In this document: in pieces, positions 52,855-64,000 of the stretch | Position numbering within the stretch: position 1 is the stretch's first letter | Layout of the letters: every line of letters begins with the position of its first letter | Assembly (NCBI GenBank): GCA_965243205.1 | Contig: CBDEUK010000002.1 | Span: forward strand, 1,280,001 to 1,344,000 | Direction of reading: 5' to 3' | DNA from: Gammaproteobacteria bacterium | GTDB lineage: Bacteria > Pseudomonadota > Gammaproteobacteria > Eutrophobiales > Eutrophobiaceae | DNA: 64,000 bases | Notes under the pieces: generated by a model | Database searches by the model: none | Told to the model about the DNA's origin: nothing | The model's input: only the letters and a program-made list of their open reading frames with translations | Made by a program: the position numbers and the translations under genes

Positions 52855-54045
52855 TTACTCAATAATTTTAGCGACGACACCCGCACCGACGGTACGACCA
52901 CCTTCACGAATCGCGAAGCGTAAACCTTCTTCCATCGCAATCGGCGCTATCAATGTAACAGTCATCTTAACGTTATCACCCGGCATCACCATCTCAGTGC
53001 CACTCGGTAATTCACATGCACCTGTAACATCAGTGGTTCTAAAATAAAATTGAGGACGGTAATTGTTGAAGAATGGCGTATGACGGCCACCTTCATCTTT
53101 CGATAACACATACACTTCCGCTTCAAATTTAGTATGTGGTGTAATTGAACCTGGGACACATAATACCTGTCCACGTTCAACTTCTTCACGCTTGGTACCA
53201 CGCAGTAACACACCCACGTTATCACCCGCTTGACCTTCATCTAGAAGTTTGCGGAACATCTCAACACCCGTACATGTCGTCTTTTGGGTCTCTTTAATAC
53301 CCACAATCTCTATCTCATCACCCACGTGGATAATACCGCGCTCAACACGACCCGTAACAACCGTTCCACGACCAGAGATACTGAATACATCTTCAATCGG
53401 CATCAAGAATTGCTGGTCAACCGGACGCTCAGGGACCGGGAAGTATTCGTCCATCTCAGCTACCAATTTCTCAATCGCTGGAATACCAATATCACTGGTA
53501 TCACCTTCAATCGCTTTTAAGGCTGAACCGGTAACAATCGGAGTATCATCCCCAGGAAAATCGTAGCTGTCTAACAACTCACGCACTTCCATCTCAACCA
53601 ATTCTAATAATTCCGCATCATCAACTTGGTCGGCTTTGTTGAGGAATACAACAATGTAAGGAACACCTACTTGGCGAGATAATAAGATATGCTCACGAGT
53701 TTGTGGCATAGGACCATCGGCTGCTGAACAAACCAATATCGCTCCGTCCATTTGCGCAGCACCCGTAATCATGTTCTTCACATAATCCGCGTGCCCTGGG
53801 CAGTCAACGTGTGCGTAGTGACGAGTATCACTTTCATACTCAACGTGAGCCGTCGAAATCGTAATACCACGTTCTCTTTCTTCCGGAGCATTATCAATTT
53901 GGTCGTAAGCCTTAGCCTCACCACCATGCTTCTCAGTCATCACTTTGGTTATCGCTGCTGTCAATGTCGTCTTACCATGGTCAACGTGACCTATCGTTCC
54001 TACATTCACATGCGGTTTCGTGCGTTCGAATTTTTCCTTAGACAC
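52855..54045 (-). CDS. tuf: Elongation factor Tu
   Basis: [30 protein letters not shown]; GTG start. Confidence 0.99.
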   Translation of the reverse strand: MSKEKFERTKPHVNVGTIGHVDHGKTTLTAAITKVMTEKHGGEAKAYDQIDNAPEERERGITISTAHVEYESDTRHYAHVDCPGHADYVKNMITGAAQMDGAILVCSAADGPMPQTREHILLSRQVGVPYIVVFLNKADQVDDAELLELVEMEVRELLDSYDFPGDDTPIVTGSALKAIEGDTSDIGIPAIEKLVAEMDEYFPVPERPVDQQFLMPIEDVFSISGRGTVVTGRVERGIIHVGDEIEIVGIKETQKTTCTGVEMFRKLLDEGQAGDNVGVLLRGTKREEVERGQVLCVPGSITPHTKFEAEVYVLSKDEGGRHTPFFNNYRPQFYFRTTDVTGACELPSGTEMVMPGDNVKMTVTLIAPIAMEEGLRFAIREGGRTVGAGVVAKIIE

Positions 54046-54077
54046 GGTTTAATACCTCGCTAATCTATCTCAATTAA

Positions 54078-56180
54078 TTAATGATTCTTCGCTATGATGC
54101 CTTCCGCTATATTCGGTGGCACCTGATTGTAATGACCAAACTCCATGGTATAAGTCGCTCGTCCCTGCGTCGCTGAACGCAGGTCGGTTGCATAACCAAA
54201 CATTTCAGATAAAGGAACTTCCGCCTTTATCACCTTTCCTGATGGAGACTCTTCCGTACCTTGCAAAATACCGCGACGTCGATTTAAGTCTCCCGTCACT
54301 GCCCCCAGATAGTCTTCTGGAGTCACAATCTCTACTTTCATCATAGGTTCAAGCAATACAGCATCTGCTTCAGCTGCACCCTCTTTAAAACCCAAAGAGC
54401 CGGCGATTTTAAACGCCATTTCGTTAGAGTCAACATCATGATACGAACCATCGTATAAAGTGACCTTCACATCGACCATTGGGAAACCAGCTAACACCCC
54501 ATTGGCTATCTGTTCTTGCACACCTTTATCAATGGCACCTATATACTCTTTCGGTACTACACCACCTACGATTTCGTTAACAAATTCGTAGCCAGCACCC
54601 GTATCTTGAGGCTCAATTTTAAAGATCACATGGCCATACTGGCCTTTACCACCCGACTGCCGAACAAATTTACCTTCGGCCTTTTCCACTGTCTTGCGGA
54701 TGGTCTCACGGTAAGCCACTTGTGGCTTACCCACATTCGCCTCGACTTTAAACTCGCGACGCATGCGGTCGACAATAATGTCTAAATGCAATTCACCCAT
54801 ACCAGAGATAATCGTCTGGCCTGATTCTTCATCAGTATGAACCCTGAATGAAGGATCTTCTTGGGCTAGCTTACCAAGAGCTAAGCCCATTTTTTCCTGA
54901 TCGGGCTTTGTCTTCGGCTCTACTGCGACTGAAATAACCGGATCTGGAAATTCCATTCGCTCTAAAACAATCTGTGCACTGCTATCACACAAAGTATCGC
55001 CAGTAGTAACATCCTTTAATCCAACTGCTGCAGCTATGTCACCAGCGCGTACTTCTTTTATCTCTTCACGAGAATTTGCATGCATTTGCAAAATTCGGCC
55101 AACACGTTCTTTATTCTCTTTAACCGAATTAAAAACGCTATCGCCTGATGATAAAACACCGGAATAAACCCGGAAGAATGTCAACGTACCAACAAATGGA
55201 TCCGTTGCAATCTTGAAAGCTAATGCAGCAAATGGCTCATCATCCGATGAATGTCTTTCTGCTTCAGTTTCGTTTTTATCATTCAGATGCCCTGTAATCG
55301 CCGGAACATCTATCGGTGACGGCATAAAATTAATCACCGCATCTAATAAAGCCTGCACACCTTTATTCTTAAAAGCACTACCACAAAATACTGGCACCAC
55401 TTCATTGGCTAAAGTCTGCAAGCGAATGCCTTCAATGATTTGTTCAGTGCTTAATTCACCACTTTCCAAATAGACATCCATTAATTCTTCAGAAGCCTCA
55501 GCTGCCGCTTCCACCATCAGTTCACGATAGTTTTCAGCATCAGCCTGATACTCATCAGGAATTTCTTTCTCTTCGAAAGCAATTCCCATGTTTTCTTCTT
55601 CCCAGTAGATGGCTTTCATCTTTACTAGGTCAATCACGCCTTTGAACTCTTTTTCAGCTCCGATCGGCAATTGCATCGGAACTGAGTTACTACCAAGCCG
55701 TGTTTTAATCTGTTCGACCACACGCAGAAAATCTGCGCCATCACGATCCATCTTATTAACGAATGCTAACCGCGGAACGTTGTATTTAGTTGCTTGCCGC
55801 CATACTGTTTCTGACTGCGGCTCTACTCCGCCAACAGCACAAAACACGGCACAAGCACCGTCTAAAACTCGTAACGAACGTTCTACTTCAATCGTAAAAT
55901 CAACGTGTCCTGGTGTATCAATGATATTGATACGATGCTCATCAAAATCACCGGACATTCCTTTCCAAAAACAGGTCGTAGCAGCAGAGGTAATCGTAAT
56001 ACCTCGTTCTTGCTCTTGCTCCATCCAATCCATGGTGGCAGCACCATCATGAACCTCGCCTATTTTGTGAGAAACACCTGTGTAAAACAGGATACGCTCA
56101 GTGGTCGTTGTCTTTCCCGCATCGATATGGGCCATAATGCCAATATTGCGATAGCGGTTAATAGGTGTAATCCTGGCCAC
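54078..56180 (-). CDS. fusA: Elongation factor G
   Basis: [30 protein letters not shown]; GTG start. Confidence 0.99.
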   Translation of the reverse strand: MARITPINRYRNIGIMAHIDAGKTTTTERILFYTGVSHKIGEVHDGAATMDWMEQEQERGITITSAATTCFWKGMSGDFDEHRINIIDTPGHVDFTIEVERSLRVLDGACAVFCAVGGVEPQSETVWRQATKYNVPRLAFVNKMDRDGADFLRVVEQIKTRLGSNSVPMQLPIGAEKEFKGVIDLVKMKAIYWEEENMGIAFEEKEIPDEYQADAENYRELMVEAAAEASEELMDVYLESGELSTEQIIEGIRLQTLANEVVPVFCGSAFKNKGVQALLDAVINFMPSPIDVPAITGHLNDKNETEAERHSSDDEPFAALAFKIATDPFVGTLTFFRVYSGVLSSGDSVFNSVKENKERVGRILQMHANSREEIKEVRAGDIAAAVGLKDVTTGDTLCDSSAQIVLERMEFPDPVISVAVEPKTKPDQEKMGLALGKLAQEDPSFRVHTDEESGQTIISGMGELHLDIIVDRMRREFKVEANVGKPQVAYRETIRKTVEKAEGKFVRQSGGKGQYGHVIFKIEPQDTGAGYEFVNEIVGGVVPKEYIGAIDKGVQEQIANGVLAGFPMVDVKVTLYDGSYHDVDSNEMAFKIAGSLGFKEGAAEADAVLLEPMMKVEIVTPEDYLGAVTGDLNRRRGILQGTEESPSGKVIKAEVPLSEMFGYATDLRSATQGRATYTMEFGHYNQVPPNIAEGIIAKNH

Positions 56181-56225
56181 TGTCGTTCTCTAAACAAAAC
56201 GCTCAATTTTCTTTTATTCTTGTTA

Positions 56226-56696
56226 TTACCAACGAAAATGTGAAAACGCTTTATTGGCTTCAGCCATCTTGTGCGTATCTTCACGTTTTTTCATTGCATT
56301 ACCTTTTTTGTCAGCAGCATCAATTAATTCGCCTGCTAGACGCAAACCCATATTTTTTTCATTTCTGTTTTTAGCCGAATCGACTAACCAACGCATCGCC
56401 AAAGTAATACTACGGTCTTGTCGTACTTCAACTGGAATTTGGTAAGTAGCACCACCTACTCTACGAGAACGCACTTCGACTAAAGGACGAACATTATCAA
56501 GAGCAGATTTAAACACTTCTAATGGTTCACTGTTACCTTTCTCACTTACAGTATCTAATGCACCATACACAATTTTTTCAGCAACAGACTTCTTACCGCT
56601 TTGCATAATCATATTGATGAATTTCGCTAATACCTGATCGTTAAATTTAGGATCCGGTAAAATTTGTCGTTTCTCTGCTACTCTTCTTCTAGACAT
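56226..56696 (-). CDS. rpsG: 30S ribosomal protein S7
   Basis: [25 protein letters not shown]. Confidence 0.98.
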   Translation of the reverse strand: MSRRRVAEKRQILPDPKFNDQVLAKFINMIMQSGKKSVAEKIVYGALDTVSEKGNSEPLEVFKSALDNVRPLVEVRSRRVGGATYQIPVEVRQDRSITLAMRWLVDSAKNRNEKNMGLRLAGELIDAADKKGNAMKKREDTHKMAEANKAFSHFRW

Positions 56697-56728
56697 TACT
56701 TAATCTCTTATTAATTCTTAGGCTCTTC

Positions 56729-57103
56729 TTATGATTTAGGTCGTTTAGCACCGTATTTCGAACGGCCTTGCTTACGTTCTGCAACACCAGAAGTATCTAA
56801 TGTACCGCGCACGGTATGATAGCGAACACCAGGTAAATCTTTTACACGACCACCACGTATCAATATAACCGAGTGTTCTTGTAAGTTATGGCCTTCACCA
56901 CCAATATACGTCGTTACTTCTTGGCCATTCGTCAAACGAACACGGGCAACCTTACGTAATGCTGAGTTAGGCTTCTTCGGTGTTGTTGTATAAACACGAG
57001 TACAAACTCCACGTTTTTGAGGACAAGCCTCAAGAGCAGGTACATTACTCTTCACCTTTTGTCGTTTACGCGGTTTACGCACTAGTTGGTTAATCGTCGC
57101 CAT
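56729..57103 (-). CDS. rpsL: 30S ribosomal protein S12
   Basis: [25 protein letters not shown]. Confidence 0.99.
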   Translation of the reverse strand: MATINQLVRKPRKRQKVKSNVPALEACPQKRGVCTRVYTTTPKKPNSALRKVARVRLTNGQEVTTYIGGEGHNLQEHSVILIRGGRVKDLPGVRYHTVRGTLDTSGVAERKQGRSKYGAKRPKS

Positions 57104-57314
57104 ATTTTTCTATCTTTTATGTATCTCTACAGTAAAAAAAGCCCTCTCCTCATGCCGCGGTCAGAACCAACGATATGTGGCTGGACTTTCTATAAATTTG
57201 GTAAATTCTTGAATCTCGCCAGGAGCGGTTAAATCAATAAGAAACCTTTAAAAACCTGGACTTAGTAACTTTGATTAATCAGATTTCAGGCATCCAGTCA
57301 ATCAAGGAGGCGGG

Positions 57315-57343
57315 ATTGTATGACTAGGGGTTTACTGTGTCAA
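57315..57343 (-). promoter_or_regulatory. Sigma70 promoter of the str/ribosomal protein cluster
   Basis: Minus strand TTGACA-17 bp-TACAAT followed by a GC-rich discriminator CCCGCCTCC, typical of stringent promoters. Confidence 0.8.
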
Positions 57344-57361
57344 GACAAGGTTTGAGGTTTT

Positions 57362-57396
57362 TACAGGAAACCTAAAATTCATTTAGGTTTCCTGTA
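57362..57396. other. Perfect 15-bp stem-loop just downstream of rpoC
   Basis: TACAGGAAACCTAAA-N5-TTTAGGTTTCCTGTA, 6 nt after the rpoC stop; no U-tract on the rpoC strand. Confidence 0.7.
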
Positions 57397-57402
57397 TGAA
57401 CA

Positions 57403-60400
57403 CTAGGCTTCGCTGCTATTTTCAGAGACATCAGACACTTCTACTGTCGGAATAGAGATATCTTCAATGCCTTCTATTGCTGCTTCAGCAACCTCAAGAT
57501 TAGTCGCGGCTTCAGCTTCCTGTTCGCGTCTAGCTTCATGGTAAGCTAATCCAGTTCCCGCAGGAATCAAGCGACCCACTATGACATTTTCTTTGAGTCC
57601 ACGTAAATGATCACGTTTGCCTGTGACACTGGCTTCAGTAAGCACACGAGTAGTTTCTTGGAACGAAGCGGCAGAAATAAATGATTCTGTCGATAATGAC
57701 GCCTTAGTAATACCTAATAATACTGGCTCCCATTTAGCTGGGGTTTTGCCATCAGCTTCCAAACGTTCATTTTCATCTAAAATAAACGAACGCTCAGTTT
57801 GCTCGCCTTTCAAGAAGCTGCTATCACCTGGTTCACTGATTTCAGCTTTACGTAGCATTTGTCGAACAATCACTTCAATATGCTTATCGTTAATTTTTAC
57901 ACCTTGTAAGCGATAGACATCCTGAATTTCATTACAAATGTAATTTGCTAACGCATGAACACCCATTAAACGTAGTATATCGTGCGGTGTCGGAGCTCCA
58001 TCGACAATCGCTTCACCTTTTTCAACATGCTCGCCTTCAAACACATTGATATGACGCCATTTTGGAATCAGTTCTTCATAAGCTTCGCCGTCTGAATCAG
58101 TAAGTACTAAACGTATTTTACCTTTAGTCTCTTTACCAAAACTTACTGTACCCGTAATTTCAGCCAAGATAGATGGTTCTTTTGGTTTTCTCGCTTCAAA
58201 CAAGTCCGCCACACGAGGAAGACCACCAGTAATATCACGAGTTTTCGATGATTCTTGTGGTAATCTTGCAACAATGTCACCGACTTTCACTTCTTGCCCA
58301 TCTGTTACATTAACAACAGAATTTGGTGGTAACATGTAGTGAGCTGGAATTTCTGTACCAGGGATCATCAACTCATCACCATTTTCATCAACAAGTTTGA
58401 CCACTGGGCGCATATCTTTTGCTGAACCACGTTGTTTAGGATCGGTAATCACCATATTGGTCAAGCCAGTAATTTCATCAACGTTACGATCAACAGTGAC
58501 ACCTTCTACAATGTCTGAGAATTGAACCTTACCAGCCACCTCGGTAATAACTGGATGAGTATGTGGATCCCAACTGGCAACTTGTTGGCCTGGTTCAATA
58601 CTGTCGCCATCAGCTACAGTTAAAACTGCGCCGTATGGCAGTTTGTAACGTTCTTTCTCACGACCAACTTCATCTTGAACCACAGCTTCACCAGAACGCG
58701 AAACCACAATTTGGTTACCTGTTTCTTGATCCAATAACTTAACGTTTTGTAATCGTAAAGTACCAGCACCTTTGACTTCGATATTACTAACCGCTGCGGC
58801 ACGAGACGCAGCACCACCAATGTGGAAAGTACGCATGGTTAACTGAGTACCTGGCTCACCAATCGATTGAGCCGCAACAACACCAACCGACTCACCGATA
58901 TTCACTATATGTCCACGACCTAAATCACGACCATAACACTGAGCACAGATACCATATCGAGTTTCACAAGTGATCGCTGAACGAACCATCACTTGGTCAA
59001 TACCTTTTTCATCCATGACATCGACCCAATGTTCATCAAGCAAAGTACCTTTAGGAATAACGACTTCACCTGATTGAAGATTCACTGCATCCTCGGCTAA
59101 TACCCGACCTAAGACTCGATCACGGAGTGACTCAATTACATCTCCACCTTCAACCACAGGAGTCATTTTCATACCTTCAGTGGTACCGCAGTCTTCTTCA
59201 GTAACGACTAAATCTTGTGCTACATCCACTAGACGACGTGTTAAATAACCTGAGTTAGCGGTTTTAAGCGCAGTATCTGCCAAACCTTTACGCGCCCCGT
59301 GAGTAGAAATAAAGTACTGTAATACGTCCAAACCTTCACGGAAGTTAGCGGTAATAGGTGTCTCGATAATGGAACCATCTGGTTTCGCCATTAATCCACG
59401 CATACCGGCTAATTGACGAATCTGAGCAGCAGAACCCCTAGCACCAGAATCTGCCATCATATAAATAGAATTAAATGAAGGCTGTTTAATATCCTCGCCT
59501 TCTTTATTGCTAACAGTTTCAGTACCAAGTTTATCCATCATCGCTTTAGCAACTTGATCATTGGTTGCCGACCATATATCAACGACTTTGTTATAACGTT
59601 CACCGTTAGTAATCAAACCTGAAGAGTATTGATCTTGGAATTGACGAACTTGATCTTCAGCCTGTTCGATGATGTCATCTTTCGATTCAGGAATAACCAT
59701 ATCTTCAACACCGATTGAAACACCTGCTAAGGTTGAATAACGGAAACCTGTATACATTAACTTATCAGCAAAGATAACAGTTGGTTTTAAACCTAATTTA
59801 CGATAAGCCGTGTTGATTAGATTAGAGATAGCCTTTTTAGACATATCTTTATCAACCATATCGAAAGGCATACCCGCTGGTAATAATCTCGAAAGTAATG
59901 AACGACCAACGGTTGTTTCAACACGTCTTAATTTTGTTTCTGCAACACCTTCTTCATTAAATAAGGTTTCTTCAACTCGGACTTGAACCCGTGCATGTAA
60001 TTCAACTGCACCATTCTCATAAGCACGATGCACTTCATCAACATCACTAAAAATCATGCCTGTGCCTTTCGCACTAGCTGATTCTCGAGTCATATAATAA
60101 AGTCCTAAAACCACGTCTTGAGTAGGCACAATAATCGGTTCACCACTCGCTGGAGATAACACATTATTTGTAGCCATCATTAAAGTACGGGCTTCCAACT
60201 GAGCTTCGATAGATAATGGAACATGAACTGCCATTTGGTCACCATCAAAGTCCGCGTTGAATGCAGAACAAACTAATGGATGAAGTTGAATTGCTTTACC
60301 TTCAATAAGAACAGGTTCAAATGCTTGAATACCTAATCTATGTAAGGTTGGTGCTCGGTTTAACATCACAGGATGCTCACGAATCACTTCTTCAAGAACG

Positions 60401-61629
60401 TCCCAAACTTCCGAACCTTCTTTTTCTACTAATTTTTTAGCTGCCTTAATAGTAGTCGCTAAACCGCGGCGTTCTAACTTAGAAAAGATAAATGGTTTGA
60501 ATAATTCCAATGCCATTTTCTTAGGAAGACCACATTGATGAAGTTTCAATGTAGGTCCAACGGTAATTACTGATCGACCTGAATAGTCAACACGTTTACC
60601 TAATAAGTTTTGACGGAAACGACCTTGCTTACCTTTGATCATGTCAGCAAGAGATTTTAGAGGTAACTTATTGGTACCTGTAATCGCACGTCCACGACGA
60701 CCGTTATCTAATAAAGCATCAACCGACTCTTGTAACATACGTTTTTCGTTACGCACGATAATGTCAGGAGCATTTAAATCTAATAAGCGTTTTAAACGGT
60801 TATTACGATTAATCACTCGACGATATAAATCATTCAAATCAGAAGTCGCAAAACGACCGCCATCTAGTGGAACTAAAGGTCGAAGTTCTGGTGGCAAAAC
60901 TGGTAATACTTTCATTACCATCCATTCAGGTTTATTACCCGAACTTTGGAAAGCTTCTAATAATTTTAAACGTTTCGATAATTTTCTAAGTTTAGTTTCC
61001 GAACGTGTTGCAGGAATTTCTTCACGTAAAGTATCGACTTCTTCATCGATATCTAACGTGACTAATAACTCACGAATCGCTTCCGCGCCCATACGTGCAT
61101 CAAACTCATCACCATACTGTTCGATAGCATCTAAGTAACCTTCTTCCGTTAATAACTGACCACGTTCTAACTGAGTCATACCTGGTTCGATGATCACATA
61201 GGCTTCGAAATACAATACGCGTTCGATCTCACGCAAAGTCATATCAAGCATTAAGCCCATACGAGAAGGTAGTGATTTTAAATACCAAATATGTGCAACT
61301 GGACTCGCAAGTTCAATATGCCCCATACGATCACGACGTACTTTTGAAAGCGTTACTTCCACGCCACATTTTTCACAAACAACACCACGATGTTTTAAGC
61401 GTTTGTATTTACCGCAAAGACACTCATAGTCTTTAATCGGGCCAAAGATCTTGGCACAAAACAAACCATCACGTTCTGGCTTAAAAGTTCGATAGTTAAT
61501 GGTTTCAGGTTTTTTAACCTCACCATACGACCATGAACGAATTTTTTCAGGTGACGCTAGACCAATAGTGATTGAGTCAAACTCTTCGACCTGACCTTGT
61601 TGTTTCAATAATTTCAGTAAGTCTTTCAA
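57403..61629 (-). CDS. rpoC: RNA polymerase beta' subunit
   Basis: CLCGKYK Zn finger, [10 protein letters not shown] active site; TTG start after GGAGG. Confidence 0.99.
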   Translation of the reverse strand: MKDLLKLLKQQGQVEEFDSITIGLASPEKIRSWSYGEVKKPETINYRTFKPERDGLFCAKIFGPIKDYECLCGKYKRLKHRGVVCEKCGVEVTLSKVRRDRMGHIELASPVAHIWYLKSLPSRMGLMLDMTLREIERVLYFEAYVIIEPGMTQLERGQLLTEEGYLDAIEQYGDEFDARMGAEAIRELLVTLDIDEEVDTLREEIPATRSETKLRKLSKRLKLLEAFQSSGNKPEWMVMKVLPVLPPELRPLVPLDGGRFATSDLNDLYRRVINRNNRLKRLLDLNAPDIIVRNEKRMLQESVDALLDNGRRGRAITGTNKLPLKSLADMIKGKQGRFRQNLLGKRVDYSGRSVITVGPTLKLHQCGLPKKMALELFKPFIFSKLERRGLATTIKAAKKLVEKEGSEVWDVLEEVIREHPVMLNRAPTLHRLGIQAFEPVLIEGKAIQLHPLVCSAFNADFDGDQMAVHVPLSIEAQLEARTLMMATNNVLSPASGEPIIVPTQDVVLGLYYMTRESASAKGTGMIFSDVDEVHRAYENGAVELHARVQVRVEETLFNEEGVAETKLRRVETTVGRSLLSRLLPAGMPFDMVDKDMSKKAISNLINTAYRKLGLKPTVIFADKLMYTGFRYSTLAGVSIGVEDMVIPESKDDIIEQAEDQVRQFQDQYSSGLITNGERYNKVVDIWSATNDQVAKAMMDKLGTETVSNKEGEDIKQPSFNSIYMMADSGARGSAAQIRQLAGMRGLMAKPDGSIIETPITANFREGLDVLQYFISTHGARKGLADTALKTANSGYLTRRLVDVAQDLVVTEEDCGTTEGMKMTPVVEGGDVIESLRDRVLGRVLAEDAVNLQSGEVVIPKGTLLDEHWVDVMDEKGIDQVMVRSAITCETRYGICAQCYGRDLGRGHIVNIGESVGVVAAQSIGEPGTQLTMRTFHIGGAASRAAAVSNIEVKGAGTLRLQNVKLLDQETGNQIVVSRSGEAVVQDEVGREKERYKLPYGAVLTVADGDSIEPGQQVASWDPHTHPVITEVAGKVQFSDIVEGVTVDRNVDEITGLTNMVITDPKQRGSAKDMRPVVKLVDENGDELMIPGTEIPAHYMLPPNSVVNVTDGQEVKVGDIVARLPQESSKTRDITGGLPRVADLFEARKPKEPSILAEITGTVSFGKETKGKIRLVLTDSDGEAYEELIPKWRHINVFEGEHVEKGEAIVDGAPTPHDILRLMGVHALANYICNEIQDVYRLQGVKINDKHIEVIVRQMLRKAEISEPGDSSFLKGEQTERSFILDENERLEADGKTPAKWEPVLLGITKASLSTESFISAASFQETTRVLTEASVTGKRDHLRGLKENVIVGRLIPAGTGLAYHEARREQEAEAATNLEVAEAAIEGIEDISIPTVEVSDVSENSSEA

Positions 61630-61697
61630 GGTTTATACCTCCAGAAGACAATTAGGTAATTTTAAAATTTGAAATAAATGCATCAGTATTTTCTCGA

Positions 61698-64000
61698 TCA
61701 CTCTGATTTCTCTTCCTGATCCAAACCAATATCGATTGCTAATGAACGAATCTCTTTCAACAATACGTTAAATGATTCTGGCATACCGGCTTCCATACGA
61801 TGATCACCATCGACAATATTTTTATACATCTTGGTTCGACCATTAACATCATCTGATTTGACCGTAAGCATTTCTTGTAAGGTATAAGCAGCACCATAAG
61901 CTTCAAGTGCCCAGACCTCCATTTCACCAAAACGTTGGCCACCGAACTGAGCTTTACCACCCAGAGGTTGTTGAGTAACCAAACTATAAGGACCGGTTGA
62001 ACGTGCATGCATTTTGTCATCAACCAAGTGATTCAATTTCAACATGTACATATAACCAACGGTTACTTTACGTTCAAACTTCTTACCAGTACGACCATCG
62101 TAAAGAACGCTCTGTCCATCTTCGTCGAGTCCAGCTAAAGATAATAAGGTTTTAATATCTTTTTCTGCAGCACCATCAAAAACTGGTGTTGCCATTGGTA
62201 CACCACCTTGAAGGTTCTTAGATAATTCCAAGATTTCATCATCAGTAAACGAATTTAGATCTTCTTGTTTACCACTGGTGTTATATACCTTATCGAGGAA
62301 CTCTCTTAGTTCATGTGCATTTGCTTGTGCATCCATCATACGTTTAATTTGATGGCCTAAACCTTTAGCCGCCCAACCCAAATGCGTTTCTAATACCTGT
62401 CCCACGTTCATACGTGAAGGTACACCAAGTGGATTCAGTACAACATCAACAGGAGAACCATCTTCAAGGTATGGCATATCCTCTACAGGAACAATAGTCG
62501 AGATAACCCCTTTGTTACCGTGACGACCAGCCATTTTGTCACCTGATTGAATACGACGTTTAACGGCAAGATAAACCTTAACCATTTTTAATACGCCTGG
62601 AGCCAAATCATCACCTGAGGTTAACTTCGCACGTTTTTCTTCAAAACGTTTATCAAATTCTTCTTTTAGTAACTCAAGTTGTTGTGTAGCTTTTTCAAGC
62701 TGTTGGTTGTGATCGTCGTTTTGTAAACGAATGTCTAACCATTTTTCACGTGGTGTATCATTCAAATAATCTTGAGTAATTTTTGAGCCTTTGCTAAGAC
62801 TATTTGGACCACCATCAGCAACTTTACCAATTAACATTGATTCAAGACGTTGGAAAATACCTTCTTCCATAATACGCAATTGATCGTTAAGGTCTTTACG
62901 TACGCTGTTGAGTTCGGCTTCTTCAATTTCTAATGCTCGCGCATCTTTTTCAACACCATCACGCGTGAATACTTGAACGTCAATAACAGTTCCGTTCATG
63001 CCTGATGGAACACGCAATGAAGTATCTTTTACATCAGAAGCTTTTTCACCGAAGATAGCTCTTAATAACTTTTCTTCTGGTGTTAATTGGGTTTCACCTT
63101 TAGGGGTTACTTTACCTACTAAGATGTCACCGATATTTACTTCAGCACCGATATAAACAATGCCCGACTCATCTAATTTACCAAGTGCACTTTCACTAAC
63201 ATTAGGGATATCCGATGAAATCTCTTCCGGTCCTAATTTTGTATCACGTGCAACGCATGTTAATTCTTCGATATGAATAGTCGTAAATCGATCTTCTTGT
63301 ACTAAACGCTCTGAAATTAAGATCGAATCCTCAAAGTTATAACCATTCCACGGCATGAACGCGACTTTCATGTTTTGACCTAACGCTAATTCACCTAAGT
63401 CAGTTGAAGGGCCGTCAGCCAGCACATCGTTCTTCGCAATCTTATCGCCTGGTTTCACTAATGGGCGTTGGTTAATACAAGTATTCTGATTAGAACGGGT
63501 ATATTTAGTTAAGTTATAAATATCGACGCCTGCCTCACCTGCAATCACTTCATCATCGTTTGCACGAACAACAATTCTGCCAGCATCCACCGAGTCGACA
63601 AGACCGCCGCGTTCTGCAATTACTGTTACACCTGAATCCATTGCCACAGTGCGTTCAATACCTGTACCCACTAATGGTTTATCAGCACGTAAAGTAGGAA
63701 CTGCTTGGCGTTGCATGTTTGATCCCATTAAGGCACGGTTCGCATCATCGTGCTCAAGGAATGGAATTAATGCAGCAGCAACGGAAACAATTTGTCTTGG
63801 CGATACATCCATAAAGTTAATCTCTTCAGGAGTCGCCATAGTAAATTCGTTTTGGAAACGACAAGGTACTAATTCATCAATTAATACACCTTTTTCAATA
63901 GACGCATTTGCTTGAGCAATTTTATATTCACTTTCTTCAATAGCAGAAAGATATTCAATTTCATCAGTGACTTTACTATCTACAACCTTGCGATAAGGTG
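61698..64000 (-). CDS. rpoB: RNA polymerase beta subunit (5' truncated by window edge)
   Basis: Frame open to the edge (PYRKVVD...); [39 protein letters not shown]. Confidence 0.99.
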   Translation of the reverse strand, partial: PYRKVVDSKVTDEIEYLSAIEESEYKIAQANASIEKGVLIDELVPCRFQNEFTMATPEEINFMDVSPRQIVSVAAALIPFLEHDDANRALMGSNMQRQAVPTLRADKPLVGTGIERTVAMDSGVTVIAERGGLVDSVDAGRIVVRANDDEVIAGEAGVDIYNLTKYTRSNQNTCINQRPLVKPGDKIAKNDVLADGPSTDLGELALGQNMKVAFMPWNGYNFEDSILISERLVQEDRFTTIHIEELTCVARDTKLGPEEISSDIPNVSESALGKLDESGIVYIGAEVNIGDILVGKVTPKGETQLTPEEKLLRAIFGEKASDVKDTSLRVPSGMNGTVIDVQVFTRDGVEKDARALEIEEAELNSVRKDLNDQLRIMEEGIFQRLESMLIGKVADGGPNSLSKGSKITQDYLNDTPREKWLDIRLQNDDHNQQLEKATQQLELLKEEFDKRFEEKRAKLTSGDDLAPGVLKMVKVYLAVKRRIQSGDKMAGRHGNKGVISTIVPVEDMPYLEDGSPVDVVLNPLGVPSRMNVGQVLETHLGWAAKGLGHQIKRMMDAQANAHELREFLDKVYNTSGKQEDLNSFTDDEILELSKNLQGGVPMATPVFDGAAEKDIKTLLSLAGLDEDGQSVLYDGRTGKKFERKVTVGYMYMLKLNHLVDDKMHARSTGPYSLVTQQPLGGKAQFGGQRFGEMEVWALEAYGAAYTLQEMLTVKSDDVNGRTKMYKNIVDGDHRMEAGMPESFNVLLKEIRSLAIDIGLDQEEKSE

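Overview
AT-rich gammaproteobacterial chromosome segment, judged from gatCAB divergent from mreBCD, E. coli-type ribosomal proteins, lipAB and a VPLPA/PEP-CTERM protein. About 39.5-64 kb is core: partial rpoB, rpoC and an unusually compact rpsL-to-rplQ (str/S10/spc/alpha) cluster. About 23.5-39.5 kb holds the mre/mrd cell-wall operon, gatCAB, a stand-alone mtdB, a methyltransferase and an M23 peptidase. The left 23 kb is the most interesting part. It has a two-photolyase operon with a missed 46-aa DUF2256 gene, and one photolyase ends in a beta-clamp-like QMSLF motif. A ~15 kb block splits the usual dat-ybeD-lipB-lipA order. That block encodes a MOSC protein, a 1,240-aa NfnB/NfnA-like fused flavo-Fe-S oxidoreductase, a GGCT, DUF1835, a protease/7TM/ATP-grasp triad and a tungsten AOR-family enzyme with MoaD. 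It also encodes two tandem paralogous stand-alone double-cNMP-binding proteins, preceded by a CRP-like box and followed by yadGH. No rRNA, tRNA, CRISPR array, integrase or transposase was seen. All calls come from reading motifs by eye; no database searches were run.
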